A DNA stretch of 32,000 bases from Cereibacter sphaeroides 2.4.1 (GCF_000012905.2 NC_007493.2:2730001-2762000); one strand, 5' to 3'; positions 9,202 through 18,877 are shown, counted from the stretch's first letter. A program made the numbers and translations. The notes: generated by a model not told the origin, from the sequence alone.

Positions 9202-9564
9202 CTAGTGCAGCGTATGCCGGGCCATCAGTTCGTAGGTGCCCGCATTGGGGCAGAAGCTGCAGTCGGCAGGCTCGACCCGGTCGGCCTCGGCCAGCGTGCA
9301 TTTGCAGAGCTTGGTGCTGCCGCACCGCCGGCACACGTCCAGCAGGTCGAGATAATCGGCATAGGCATGCTGCACCGCGGCGGGCTCCAGTCCGAAGACC
9401 TGCGCCATCTGCAGCAGGCGTTCGCCCACATCCTCGGGCATGCGCGCGAACTGTTCCATCTGCCAGCGCGTGATGCCCAGATCGTCCAGATCGCGGTCGC
9501 TCAGCGCATGGATCTCCTGAAGCCGGTGCCAACGGTCGAAGAGGGCGCGAACTCGGTTCAGCAT
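9202..9564 (-). CDS. DUF1127-like N-terminal domain fused to a six-cysteine C-terminal domain (DUF6455-like), 120 aa
   Basis: This is the internal ATG of ORF 9202..9660, with an AAGGGGA ribosome-binding site. The sequence LSDRDLDDLGITRWQM matches the DUF1127 signature. The C-terminus is CRRCGSTKLCKCTLAEADRVEPADCSFCPN. The DUF6455 assignment is from memory only. Confidence 0.6.
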   Translation of the reverse strand: MLNRVRALFDRWHRLQEIHALSDRDLDDLGITRWQMEQFARMPEDVGERLLQMAQVFGLEPAAVQHAYADYLDLLDVCRRCGSTKLCKCTLAEADRVEPADCSFCPNAGTYELMARHTLH

Positions 9565-9659
9565 GGCTATTCCCCTTGGGTCTGATCCTATTTCATCGAC
9601 CCTTGAGTATCCTTTTCCCGACTCGCGAAACATGATCCCGGTCAAGTTTTCTGACCGCA

Positions 9660-10310
9660 TCAGCCGATGAGATGTCGCAGTCCCTGCGTCACATCGGTGC
9701 GCACCGCCAGCCGCAGGCCCGGCTCATCGCCTGCCCGGAGCGCGGCGAGGATGTTGCGGTGGTGCTGCGGCGGCTCGTTACGCCGAAGCCGGCCATAGAG
9801 GGCGCGCATCGTGGGCCCGAGCTGCAGCCAGACCGTCTCCGCCATGGCCAGCATGGCCGGGGCCTGCGCGCGCAGATAGAGCGTGCGGTGAAATTCGAGG
9901 TTGGTGCGGATATAGGCCACCGCATCCGCCTTCGCGACCGCCTCGGCATTGGCCGCATTGATCGCGGCCAGCCGGTCGATCAGCGCGAAATGCGCCCGCG
10001 GCAGGGCCCGCGCCGCCAGCTCCGGCTCCAGAAGCGCCCGGATCGCCGCCAGTTCCTCGATCCGCTCGGGGCTGAGTTCCGGCGTGGCCACCCGCCCCGA
10101 GGAGGAGAGCGACAGCGCCCCCTCGGCCACCAGCCGCCGCACCGCCTCGCGCGCGGGCGTCATCGAGACCTCGAAGCTGCGCGCCAGACCGCGCAGCGTC
10201 AGCGCCTGCCCCGGCGCCAGCTCGCCATGCATCACCTGCGCGCGCAGGCTGCGATAGAGCCGCTCGTGGGCGGAGGCGGTCAGATCGGAGGGGCGGGACG
10301 GGTTCTGCAT
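9660..10310 (-). CDS. GntR-family transcriptional regulator (FadR/FCD subfamily), 216 aa
   Basis: This is the internal ATG (MQNPSRPSDL...) of ORF 9660..10535. It has a winged helix-turn-helix, LTLRGLARSFEVSMTPAREAVRRLVAEGAL, and a helical FCD-like C-terminal domain. Confidence 0.8.
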   Translation of the reverse strand: MQNPSRPSDLTASAHERLYRSLRAQVMHGELAPGQALTLRGLARSFEVSMTPAREAVRRLVAEGALSLSSSGRVATPELSPERIEELAAIRALLEPELAARALPRAHFALIDRLAAINAANAEAVAKADAVAYIRTNLEFHRTLYLRAQAPAMLAMAETVWLQLGPTMRALYGRLRRNEPPQHHRNILAALRAGDEPGLRLAVRTDVTQGLRHLIG

Positions 10311-10342
10311 GGGCGCGAGCAAGCACCGCCCGGCGGCTCCGG

Positions 10343-11029
10343 TCAATCCCCGAAGCGGAAGCCGTGCAGCGCCTGCCCCTGCCGCCGCAGCCAGGCCCGG
10401 TGCAGGGCATAGTCGGGATCCAGCCGCGCCACCTCGGCCCAGAAAGCGGGCGAGTGGTTCATCTGCGCGAGATGGGCGACCTCGTGGGCTGCCACATAGT
10501 CGAGGATCGGCGGCGGCGCGAGAATCAGCCGCCATGAGAACATGAGGCAGCCGTCCTGCGTGCAGGATCCCCAGCGCGACCGCGTGTCGCGCAGCGTGAG
10601 CCGGGCATAGGTCCGGCCGAGGCTGCGGGCATGGCGGTCGCAGGCCGCGGCCAGCCGCTCGCGCGCCATGGCCTTGAGGAAGGTCGCAAGGCGCAGCGGC
10701 ACCGAGGCCGGATCTCCCGGCACGAGGAGCGAATCGTCGGTGACCCGCACCGAGCGTCCGCTGCCCGGCCGAACGGTGAGCGGGCGCCCCTCGAGGGGCA
10801 GGACCGATCCAATTCCCACGGAGGCTGACTCGGGCACATCCGACAGCGCGCGGCGGATCCAGCCCTCCTGATCGCGGACGAAGTCCAGCGCCTCGGCCTC
10901 GCGGGCGCGCAGCGGCAGCGTCAGCGTCACGCGACCGTCAAGCCGCGACACGCGCAGCGAAAAGCGCCGGGCCTGCGCCGAGCGGCGCAGCGTGATCTCG
11001 ACGGGGGGCGAACCGGGCAGGACGGGCAT
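10343..11029 (-). CDS. M48-family / YgjP-like (DUF45) zinc metallopeptidase, 228 aa
   Basis: This is the internal ATG (MPVLPGSPPVEITLRRS...) of ORF 10343..11647, with an AAGGAG ribosome-binding site. It has the HExxH motif AAHEVAHLAQMNHS and the SRWGSC motif typical of DUF45. Confidence 0.8.
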   Translation of the reverse strand: MPVLPGSPPVEITLRRSAQARRFSLRVSRLDGRVTLTLPLRAREAEALDFVRDQEGWIRRALSDVPESASVGIGSVLPLEGRPLTVRPGSGRSVRVTDDSLLVPGDPASVPLRLATFLKAMARERLAAACDRHARSLGRTYARLTLRDTRSRWGSCTQDGCLMFSWRLILAPPPILDYVAAHEVAHLAQMNHSPAFWAEVARLDPDYALHRAWLRRQGQALHGFRFGD

Positions 11030-11185
11030 CGGGGGCTCCTTCGGGCGCCAGATTAGCGGGGCCCGGAGCAGAGAAAAGCCCTGAAAATCCGGGGAAACGC
11101 GGGGGTCGGAAAGGCTTTGACACTCCGGGGGGCTTGTGGCATGGCTCCCCAATTCTGCAGCAGCCAGCCTTGCAAGGGGATCACC

Positions 11186-11521
11186 ATGCCCAAGGAAGAA
11201 TGGGGCACGAAGCGCATCTGCCCGACGACGGGCAAGCGCTTCTACGACCTCAACCGCACGCCCGTCGTCAGCCCCTACACCGGCGAAGTCGTGGATATCG
11301 AAAGCGCGCGCCGCAAGGCGGTGGCCGCGGTCATCTCGCGCGCGACCCCCGAGAAGGACGACGACATTCTCGTGGACGATATCGAGACCGAAGACGATCT
11401 GCTCGACACGGAATCGACCGAGGATTCGGATGTCGATGACGATCTGCTCGAGGACGATTCGGACGACAATGTGTCGCTCGACGACCTGGCCGACGTGGCC
11501 GGCGACGACGAGGAAGGCTGA
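11186..11521 (+). CDS. TIGR02300 (FYDLN_acid) family protein with a poly-acidic tail, 111 aa
   Basis: The sequence is MPKEEWGTKRICPTTGKRFYDLNRTPVVSPYTGEVV, followed by a tail of about 55 aa rich in Asp/Glu. An AAGGGGA ribosome-binding site lies upstream. Confidence 0.75.
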   Translation: MPKEEWGTKRICPTTGKRFYDLNRTPVVSPYTGEVVDIESARRKAVAAVISRATPEKDDDILVDDIETEDDLLDTESTEDSDVDDDLLEDDSDDNVSLDDLADVAGDDEEG

Positions 11522-11639
11522 CCGCCTCGGGGGGCGAATTTTCCTCTTGCGCCCCCCGCCGCGAGCCTCTAGATAGCCCGAGCGAACCGGAAGCGGTTCG
11601 CGAAGCCCAAGCGGATCGGCAACGGTCCGCACCTCCGGT

Positions 11640-11715
<76 letters not shown>

Positions 11716-11977
11716 AAAAAATCCCTGACTGACACGGCGACCTTACTCGATCCACGAGAGTGGCCATGGTCGTCTGCGCGGATCCCGATCCTGCGGCTTG
11801 GGTCCTGACGGCTCGACAGGCCTCGACCCGGACCGCGTGACCGGCAGGAGGCAGCACACGAAACAGGCTGTGCCGACGCCCGGGATCCCGGAGGCATCCC
11901 GCCGACCGATGTTCCGCGACGGAACCGCTGTGCCCAGATCACGGTTGTCCTCCCGCAGTTCATCCCCGGAGGATCTC

Positions 11978-12232
11978 ATGAAGAAATTTCTCGTCCTGCT
12001 TCCCGTCTTGGCCTTCGCCGCAGGCTGCCAGACCGCCGACCAGACGACCGCGGCCAGCGCCCTTGGCGGCGCGGCCCTCGGCGCGGCGGTGTCGAGCAAC
12101 GATGACCGCGTGCAGGGCGCAGCTCTCGGGGCCGCGGCCGGCGCCGTGGCGGGCACGCTGATCGGGCCGACCGGCTCGGGCACCTGCTACTACCGCAACA
12201 CCCGCGGCCAGCGCTTCACCGGCCCCTGCTGA
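11978..12232 (+). CDS. Small glycine-zipper lipoprotein (YMGG/17-kDa-antigen-like), 84 aa
   Basis: The sequence MKKFLVLLPVLAFAAGC carries a lipobox. The Gly/Ala zipper is GGAALGAAV...GAALGAAAGAVAG. A GGAGG ribosome-binding site lies upstream. Confidence 0.7.
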   Translation: MKKFLVLLPVLAFAAGCQTADQTTAASALGGAALGAAVSSNDDRVQGAALGAAAGAVAGTLIGPTGSGTCYYRNTRGQRFTGPC

Positions 12233-12259
12233 TCTTCCGCTGACGCCGACCGGATGATG

Positions 12260-12290
12260 AGGCCCCGCGATCCGCGGGGCCTTTGGTCTT
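12260..12290 (+). terminator. Intrinsic terminator after the lipoprotein gene, in the convergent gap with ade
   Basis: aggccccgcg (12260-12269) pairs with cgcggggcct (12273-12282), followed by ttggtctt. Confidence 0.55.
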
Positions 12291-12299
12291 TCCGGGCCC

Positions 12300-13997
12300 T
12301 CAGGGCAGGATCTCGAACCGGTCCACATCCACCATGCCCCGGTCGGTGATCTTCAGATGCGGGATCACCGGCAGCGCGAGGAAAGCGAGCTGCAGGAAGG
12401 GCTCCTCCAGCGTCACGCCGAGGCTGCGCGCGGCCTCTCGCAACGTCACAAGGGCGTCCCGCACCTCCTCGAAGGGCCGAAGGCTCATCAGCCCGCCCAC
12501 CGGCAGCGCGAGCTCGGCAAGGATCTCGCCGCCGGCCGCCACCGCGAAGCCGCCCTCGAGTGCGCGCAGCCGGTTCGCGGCCAGCGCCATGTCGGCATAA
12601 TCGATCCCCACCACCGCGAGATTGTGGTGGTCGTGGCAGACGGTCGACGCGATCGCGCCGCGCGCCATGCCGAAGCCGCGCACGAAGCCCGTGGCGCGGC
12701 CGCCCGTCTTGCCATGCCGCTCGATGACCGCGATCCGCGCCAGATCGCGGACGGGATCCGGCCGCTTGTCTCCGTCCACGGGCTCGATCTCGGCCGTCAG
12801 ATGCTCGGTGATGATCTTGCCGGGCAGGATGCCGATGACCGGGGTATCGGCCCGGTTGCCGGGGCAGCGGAAGGCCTCGGGCGCGATCTCGGCCACCTTC
12901 ACCGAGGCCCGCGCCACCGGCTCGATGTCTGATCGCGCGGAAAAGGCCGCATCGTCGGCCACGACGCCCCCCGCCAGCACCAGCGCCGCGTGGCAGCCTT
13001 CGAGCGAATCGAGCACCGCGATATCGGCCCGCCGGCCCGGCGCGATCAGGCCGCGGTCCTTCAGCCCGAAAGCGTCGGCCGCCGACAGGCTTGCCGCGCG
13101 GTAGACGGCCAGCGGCGGGGCGCCCAGCCGGATCGCGGTGCGGATCATGTGGTCGATGTGCCCGTGCTCGGCGATGTCGAGCGGGTTGCGGTCGTCCGTG
13201 CAGAGGCAGAGGTAGGGCGCATGGCGCTCGGTCAGGATGGAGACGAGCGCATGCAGGTCCTTCGACACCGACCCCTCGCGGATCAGCACCCGCATCCCCT
13301 TTCGCAGCTTCTCGAGCGCCTCCTCGGCGGTGGTCGCCTCGTGCTCGGTGCGGATCCCGGCCGCGATATAGCCGTTCAGATCCTTGCCCCGCAGCAGCGG
13401 CGCATGGCCGTCGATGTGGCGGCCGCGGAAGGCCTCGAGCTTGGCCATGCATCCCGGGTCCTTCATCAGGACACCCGGGAAATTCATGAATTCGGCGAGC
13501 CCGATCACCCGCGGATGATCCATCAGCGGCGCGAGATCCTTGGCCTCGAGCGCGGCGCCCGCCGTCTCCATATGCGTGGAGGGCACGCAGGACGAGAGCT
13601 GTACCCGCAGGTCCATCACCAGATGGGCCGAGGCTTCGAGGAAATAGCGGATACCTTCGAGCCCGCAGACATTGGCGATCTCATGCGGATCGCAGATCGC
13701 GGTGGTGATGCCGCGCGGCGTCACGCACCGGTCGAATTCGAAGGGCGTGACCAGCGAGCTTTCGACATGAAGGTGGGTGTCGATGAAGCCCGGCACGAGG
13801 ATCCGGCCCCGGCAGTCGATCTCGCGCCGGCCCGTGTAGGTGCCAAAGGTGCCGACGATCCGGTCGCCGCAGATCGCCACATCGGTCTGCACCAGCTCGC
13901 CCGTCACGAGATCGAAGACGCGGCCATGCTTGAGGACGAGATCGGCCGGAACGAGGCCCCGCCCCTGATCGATACATTCGGAAAGGCTGCGGCTCAT
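12300..13997 (-). CDS. ade: Adenine deaminase, 565 aa
   Basis: This is the full ORF. It has the amidohydrolase metal motif [13 protein letters not shown], and its length and overall sequence are typical of Ade. Confidence 0.9.
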   Translation of the reverse strand: MSRSLSECIDQGRGLVPADLVLKHGRVFDLVTGELVQTDVAICGDRIVGTFGTYTGRREIDCRGRILVPGFIDTHLHVESSLVTPFEFDRCVTPRGITTAICDPHEIANVCGLEGIRYFLEASAHLVMDLRVQLSSCVPSTHMETAGAALEAKDLAPLMDHPRVIGLAEFMNFPGVLMKDPGCMAKLEAFRGRHIDGHAPLLRGKDLNGYIAAGIRTEHEATTAEEALEKLRKGMRVLIREGSVSKDLHALVSILTERHAPYLCLCTDDRNPLDIAEHGHIDHMIRTAIRLGAPPLAVYRAASLSAADAFGLKDRGLIAPGRRADIAVLDSLEGCHAALVLAGGVVADDAAFSARSDIEPVARASVKVAEIAPEAFRCPGNRADTPVIGILPGKIITEHLTAEIEPVDGDKRPDPVRDLARIAVIERHGKTGGRATGFVRGFGMARGAIASTVCHDHHNLAVVGIDYADMALAANRLRALEGGFAVAAGGEILAELALPVGGLMSLRPFEEVRDALVTLREAARSLGVTLEEPFLQLAFLALPVIPHLKITDRGMVDVDRFEILP

Positions 13998-14167
13998 GGA
14001 TCCTCCTGTCGCTCGCCTCAGAGAAACCCAAGGCCGCGGGCGCGTCCAGCGGATTGGCCTTTCCTGACGCGCACGGGCCGCGGCGGGACGGCCTGCGGAG
14101 AACGTTTAGCTCTTGCACACGGCGGCGGGGGATGATCCTTCTCGGGTCTCATACCGAGAGATTTTCC

Positions 14168-15088
14168 ATGCACCCGCTGCGCGGCATCGGCCTCAAGGTC
14201 GCCTCCGTCCTCATCTTCATCGTCATGTCCGCGCTCATCAAGGCGACGTCAGACCGGGTTCCCGCGGGCGAGGCGGTGTTCTTCCGCTCGTTCTTCGCCA
14301 TGCCGGTGATCTTCGTCTGGCTGGCCTGGCGGCACGAACTGCGCACGGGGCTCAAGGCAGTCAATCCGATGGGCCATGTCTGGCGCGGGGTCGTGGGCAC
14401 GATGGCCATGGGGCTCGGCTTTGCAGGGCTGGCCTACCTGCCGCTGCCGGAGGTCACCACCCTCGGCTATGCGGCGCCGCTTCTCACCGTGATCTTCGCC
14501 GCGATGTTTCTCGGCGAAGAGGTGCGCGCCTTCCGCATCTCGGCGGTGGCCCTGGGGCTCGTCGGCGTGCTGATCGTGCTCTCTCCCCGCCTCACGGTGC
14601 TGTCGGGCGGGATGGGCCATCGCGAGGCCTTCGGCGCGGCGCTCGTGGTTGGCGGGGCGGTCTTCGCCGGGCTCGCGCAGGTGTTCATCCGCAAGCTCGT
14701 CCATACCGAGGCCACCTCGGCCATCGTCTTCTATTTCTCGCTGACGGCGACGCTTCTGTCCTTCGTGACGCTGCCCTTCGGCTGGGTCTGGCCCACGCCC
14801 GCCGAGGCGGCCCTGCTGATCGGGGCCGGCGTTCTGGGCGGTGTCGCGCAGATCCTGCTGACCTCGGCCTACCGGTTCGCCGACGCTTCGCTGGTCGCGC
14901 CCTTCGAATATGCCTCGATGATCTTCGCGCTGCTGATCGGCTATCTGGCCTTCGACGAGGTGCCGACGCTGGTCATGCTCGGCGGCGCGAGCCTCGTGGT
15001 GGCCGCGGGCATCCTCATCATCTGGCGCGAGCGCCGGCTGGGCCTCGAGCGGGCGCGGCAGCGCAAGGCCATGTCGCCCCAAGGCTAG
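14168..15088 (+). CDS. DMT-superfamily (EamA-like) transporter, about 306 aa
   Basis: The protein has ten predicted transmembrane segments in two EamA repeats. I chose the start at MHPLRGIGLK; the alternative in-frame ATG at 14132 cannot be excluded. Confidence 0.75.
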   Translation: MHPLRGIGLKVASVLIFIVMSALIKATSDRVPAGEAVFFRSFFAMPVIFVWLAWRHELRTGLKAVNPMGHVWRGVVGTMAMGLGFAGLAYLPLPEVTTLGYAAPLLTVIFAAMFLGEEVRAFRISAVALGLVGVLIVLSPRLTVLSGGMGHREAFGAALVVGGAVFAGLAQVFIRKLVHTEATSAIVFYFSLTATLLSFVTLPFGWVWPTPAEAALLIGAGVLGGVAQILLTSAYRFADASLVAPFEYASMIFALLIGYLAFDEVPTLVMLGGASLVVAAGILIIWRERRLGLERARQRKAMSPQG

Positions 15089-15681
15089 GGCCAGCGCAGG
15101 ATGCGGTCGGCGGGGGCCGACCTCTGCAGCACGCGGCGCACGTTGGGCATGTCGTTCGAGGCCACCCACTCGGCACCGCCGGGCCGCGCCGCCCATCGCG
15201 CCAGAAGCCGCCGCTCGAGCTCGGCCTCCGGCACGTCGAGGAAGAGCGTGAGATCGAAGAAGCCCCGCAACCGCCGCCAGGGCTCTTCGTCGAGAAGCAG
15301 GTAGTTGCCCTCGACCACGAGGATCCGGTCCTGGTCCGTCACCACATCGGCCGCGGCGCGCGCGAGCTCCATGCTGCGGTCGAAGACCGGGATCGCGACC
15401 TCGCCGCCTGCCCTGAGCCGCTCCATCAGGGCGAGGAAGCCCCAGATGTCGAAGGTCTCGGGCGCGCCCTTGCGGTTGGAAAGGCCGCGCCGGGCCAGCA
15501 CGCGGTCGTCGAAATGGAACCCGTCCATCGGCACCAGCCGGGCGCCGGGGCCGAGGCCTGCCACCAGCGCCTCGCCCAGCGTGGACTTGCCCGCCCCGGG
15601 CGGACCGGCGAGAGCCACAATGAACCGCCCCCGCCCCTCCGCCGCCGCCCGGATCTCCTGCGCCAGCGTCTCGGGCGTCAT
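15085..15681 (-). CDS. frcK: P-loop nucleoside/sugar-kinase-like protein (FrcK-like), 198 aa
   Basis: The Walker A motif is ALAGPPGAGKST, and the layout is uridine-kinase/PRK-like. Its ATG overlaps the frcA stop (ATGA at 15678-15681). The name comes from synteny with the S. meliloti frcBCAK operon as I recall it. Confidence 0.65.
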   Translation of the reverse strand: MTPETLAQEIRAAAEGRGRFIVALAGPPGAGKSTLGEALVAGLGPGARLVPMDGFHFDDRVLARRGLSNRKGAPETFDIWGFLALMERLRAGGEVAIPVFDRSMELARAAADVVTDQDRILVVEGNYLLLDEEPWRRLRGFFDLTLFLDVPEAELERRLLARWAARPGGAEWVASNDMPNVRRVLQRSAPADRILRWP

Positions 15682-16454
15682 GCGAACTCGTTGAGGCTTT
15701 CGGGGGCCATGGCGCCCGTCATCAGCGCCACGGCATCGGACATCGAATGACGCTTGGGATCGATCACGCAGAGCCTCCGCCCCAGCCGGTGCACATGCAC
15801 CCGGTCTGCCACCTCGAACACATGGGGCATGTTGTGGCTGATGAGCACGATGGGCAAGCCCCGCCGCTTCACGTCGAGGATCAGCTCCAGAACGCGGCGG
15901 CTCTCCTTCACGCCCAGCGCCGCGGTGGGCTCGTCCATGATGACGACCTTGGAGCCGAAGGCCGCCGCCCGCGCGACCGCCACCCCCTGACGCTGCCCGC
16001 CCGAAAGGGTCTCGACCGCCTGCCCGATGTTCTGGATCGTCATCAGGCCCAGCTCGGTCAGCTTCTCGCGCGCCTTCTGCTCCATCGCAGGACGGTCGAG
16101 GGCGCGCAGCCACTTGCCCATGAAGCCCGGCTTCCGGATCTCGCGTCCGAGGAACATGTTGTCCGCGATCGACAGGGCGGGCGACAGGGCGAGGTTCTGA
16201 TAGACCGTCTCGATCCCTGCCTCGCGCGCATCGAGCGGCGAGGCGAACTGCATGGGTCTGCCGTCGAGCTCGATGCTGCCCTCGTCCACCCGGATCGCCC
16301 CCGAGAGCGCCTTGATGAGCGAGGATTTCCCGGCGCCATTGTCGCCGATCACCGCGAGGATCTCGCCCGGATAGAGGTCGAAGTCGCAGCGGTCGAGGGC
16401 GGTGACGCGGCCGTAGCGTTTCACGAGGCCCCGGGCCTTCAGGATCGGTTCCAT
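15678..16454 (-). CDS. frcA: Sugar ABC transporter ATP-binding protein with a single nucleotide-binding domain, 258 aa
   Basis: The motifs present are Walker A GDNGAGKSS, signature LSGGQRQ, Walker B VVIMDEPTAAL and H-loop ISHNM. Its start overlaps the frcC stop (TGATG). Confidence 0.85.
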   Translation of the reverse strand: MEPILKARGLVKRYGRVTALDRCDFDLYPGEILAVIGDNGAGKSSLIKALSGAIRVDEGSIELDGRPMQFASPLDAREAGIETVYQNLALSPALSIADNMFLGREIRKPGFMGKWLRALDRPAMEQKAREKLTELGLMTIQNIGQAVETLSGGQRQGVAVARAAAFGSKVVIMDEPTAALGVKESRRVLELILDVKRRGLPIVLISHNMPHVFEVADRVHVHRLGRRLCVIDPKRHSMSDAVALMTGAMAPESLNEFA

Positions 16455-17545
16455 CACGCAGCCGCCTTTCTGATCCACTGGTCCACGGCGACCGCCGCGA
16501 TGATGAGGATGCCGATGAGCAGGTAGGTCCATTGCGGATCCGTCCCCATGAGCTTCAGCCCCAGCGAGAAGACCCCCACGATCAGCGCGCCGAAGAGCAT
16601 GCCCAGAACCGATCCCCGGCCGCCGAAGAGGCTGATCCCGCCGATCACCACGGCCGTGATCGATTCGATGTTGGCGAACTGGCCCGCCGTGGGCGAGACC
16701 GAGCCCAGACGGCCGATCATCACCCAGCCCGCCAGCGCGCAGATCAGGCCCGACAGCGTGTAGACGGTGACGAGCACGTTGCGGGTCTGCACGCCCGCAA
16801 GCTCGGCCGCATCGGGATCGTCGCCCACCGCATAGACATGGCGGCCCCAGGCGGTCTGGCGCAGCACATAGGCGATGACCAGCACCAGAAGGATCAGGAG
16901 CACCGCGCCATAGGTGAAGACCGCCCCGCCCCGCCCGGCCTCGTCCGCGCCGAGCCGGAAGGTGTTGCCGAAGAACTGCAGGATCGGTGCCTGAGCCGAG
17001 ATGTCCTGCGAGCGGATCGTCTCGTTGGCGGAATAGAGGAAGTTCGCGGCCAGCACGATCTGCCACATGCCCAGCGTGACGATGAAGGGCGGAAGCTTCA
17101 TCCGCGCGACGAGGGTGCCGTTCACGAACCCGATGCCTGCGCCCGCGGCAAGGCCGCAGAGCACCGAGAGCGGCGCCGGGATCCCGTAGCGGAAGGTGAA
17201 CTGGCCCATGATGACCGAGGAGAGCACCATGATCGCGCCGACCGACAGGTCGATCCCCGCCGTCAGCACGACGAGCGTCTGCGCCGCGCCCACGATCCCC
17301 ACGATGGCCACCTGCTGGAGGATGAGCGTGAGGGTGAAGGCCGAGAAGAACTTCTGGCCCAGCAGCGCACCGAAGATCGAGATCGAGACGACCAGAACGA
17401 TCAGCGGCACCAGCGAGGGCGTCTGGTGCAGAAGATGCCGTGCCTGCTGGACGAAGCTCTTGCGCTGCTCGAACTCGGCCACGGCGTCCGGGCTGCGGTT
17501 CAGCGCAGCCTCGAAGCCCTGCGGTCCGTGGGTTTCCGTTGCCAT
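16454..17545 (-). CDS. frcC: Sugar ABC transporter permease (RbsC/CUT2-like), 363 aa
   Basis: This is the internal ATG (MATETHGPQGFE...) of ORF 16454..17662, with a GGGAGG ribosome-binding site. It is a multi-spanning permease with the GGxxSxxG-type CUT2 pattern. Confidence 0.85.
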   Translation of the reverse strand: MATETHGPQGFEAALNRSPDAVAEFEQRKSFVQQARHLLHQTPSLVPLIVLVVSISIFGALLGQKFFSAFTLTLILQQVAIVGIVGAAQTLVVLTAGIDLSVGAIMVLSSVIMGQFTFRYGIPAPLSVLCGLAAGAGIGFVNGTLVARMKLPPFIVTLGMWQIVLAANFLYSANETIRSQDISAQAPILQFFGNTFRLGADEAGRGGAVFTYGAVLLILLVLVIAYVLRQTAWGRHVYAVGDDPDAAELAGVQTRNVLVTVYTLSGLICALAGWVMIGRLGSVSPTAGQFANIESITAVVIGGISLFGGRGSVLGMLFGALIVGVFSLGLKLMGTDPQWTYLLIGILIIAAVAVDQWIRKAAA

Positions 17546-17719
17546 CTTCCTAGACCTCCCGTTGCCGCGCTCTCCGTGCCGCGCGAAGCGGCGCAGGATG
17601 GATCTGTCCGAAACCGCCCTGCGTGCCGCCCGTGACGGACCCCGAGGGGCGGGCTCCGTCATCGCAGGATCCTCCGGCGGGCCGGGGGTGCGCCCGGCCC
17701 GACGGACCGGGCGCGCCGC

Positions 17720-18742
17720 TCACCCCCAGCAGAGCTCCGCGCCCTTGGTGCTGTCGATGGACTCGACGCCCTCGACCGGCTGGTCGGTCACCAGCGCCAC
17801 GCCGGTATCGGTGAAATCCTTGCCCTCGCTGGTGGCGGGCTTGGTGCCATCCTTGGCGAAGGCCGCGATGGCCTCGACCCCCAGCGCCGCCATCTGCAGC
17901 GGATATTGCTGCGAGGTGGCCCCGATGACGCCGTCCTTGACGTTCTGCACGCCCGGGCAGCCGCCATCGACCGAGACGATCAGCACATCCGCTTCGCGGC
18001 CGATGGATTTCAGCGCCTCGTAGGCGCCCGCGGCCGCGGGTTCATTGATCGTATGGACGAGGTTGATGGTCGGATCCTGCGCCAGCAGGCTCTCCATCGC
18101 GCGCCGGCCGCCCTCCTCGTTGCCCTGCGTCACCTCCTGCCCCACGATCCGCGGGTCGTCCTCGTCGCCCCAGCGGGTCTTGTCGCCGAGTTCGACGCCG
18201 AAGCCCTGTAGGAACCCCTGATTGCGCAGCACATCCACCGAGGGCTGCGACACGTCGAGGTTCAGGAGCGCGATCCGCGCATCGCCGGCCGCATCGCCCA
18301 TCCGCGCCTTGGCCCATTTGCCGATCAGCTCGCCCGCAAGGAAGTTGTCGGTGGCGAAGGTGCCGTCGGCCGCATCGATCGGATCGAGCGGCGTGTCGAG
18401 CGCGATCACGAGAAGGCCCGCGTCGCGCGCCTTCTGCACCGAGGGCACGATGCCCTTCGTGTCCGAGGCGGTGATGAGGATGCCCTTGGCCCCGTCGGCG
18501 ATGCAGGTCTCGATGGCCGCCACCTGGCTCTCGCTGTCGCCGTCGATGCGGCCCGCATAGGACTTGAGCGTGATCCCCAGTTCCTCCGCCTTCGCGGTGG
18601 CGCCTTCCTTCATCTTCACGAAGAAGGGGTTGGTGTCGGTCTTGGTGATCAGGCAGGCCGTCATGTCCTGCGCAAGGGCGGGCAGGGCCGACAGGGCAAG
18701 CGCCGCCGCGCCCCCCATGAGGGCGAGTTTGAATTGGGTCAC
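17720..18742 (-). CDS. frcB: Periplasmic sugar-binding protein (RbsB-like), 340 aa, GTG start
   Basis: The signal peptide is [26 protein letters not shown]. The rest is a type I periplasmic binding-protein sequence. A GGGAGGAG ribosome-binding site lies 6 nt upstream of the GTG at 18742. Confidence 0.85.
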   Translation of the reverse strand: MTQFKLALMGGAAALALSALPALAQDMTACLITKTDTNPFFVKMKEGATAKAEELGITLKSYAGRIDGDSESQVAAIETCIADGAKGILITASDTKGIVPSVQKARDAGLLVIALDTPLDPIDAADGTFATDNFLAGELIGKWAKARMGDAAGDARIALLNLDVSQPSVDVLRNQGFLQGFGVELGDKTRWGDEDDPRIVGQEVTQGNEEGGRRAMESLLAQDPTINLVHTINEPAAAGAYEALKSIGREADVLIVSVDGGCPGVQNVKDGVIGATSQQYPLQMAALGVEAIAAFAKDGTKPATSEGKDFTDTGVALVTDQPVEGVESIDSTKGAELCWG

Positions 18743-18843
18743 GATGTCTCCTCCCGGAAGCGGGCCTCTCTCCGCCCGCCGTTCATGTGGCGCTGGCGTC
18801 CTCCCGCCGCGACGCCTTCATGGAAGCCGATTCCCGATCTTGC

Positions 18844-18877
18844 GTCAATAAATAATTCAAAGTGATTTAGTATTGAC
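18844..18877. promoter_or_regulatory. AT-rich divergent promoter/operator candidate between frcB and the ROK regulator
   Basis: GTCAATA (18844-18850) and TATTGAC (18871-18877) form a perfect 7-bp inverted repeat. They flank 20 bp of about 80% AT sequence within an otherwise GC-rich genome. Each arm reads as a TTGAC -35-like hexamer facing outward. Confidence 0.4.

Noticed and set aside
11340-11521. Repetitive GAC/GAT/GAA-rich DNA that could be mistaken for a tandem repeat or array.
   Set aside because: It is the coding sequence of the polyacidic tail of the TIGR02300 protein. It has no regular repeat unit and no spacers.
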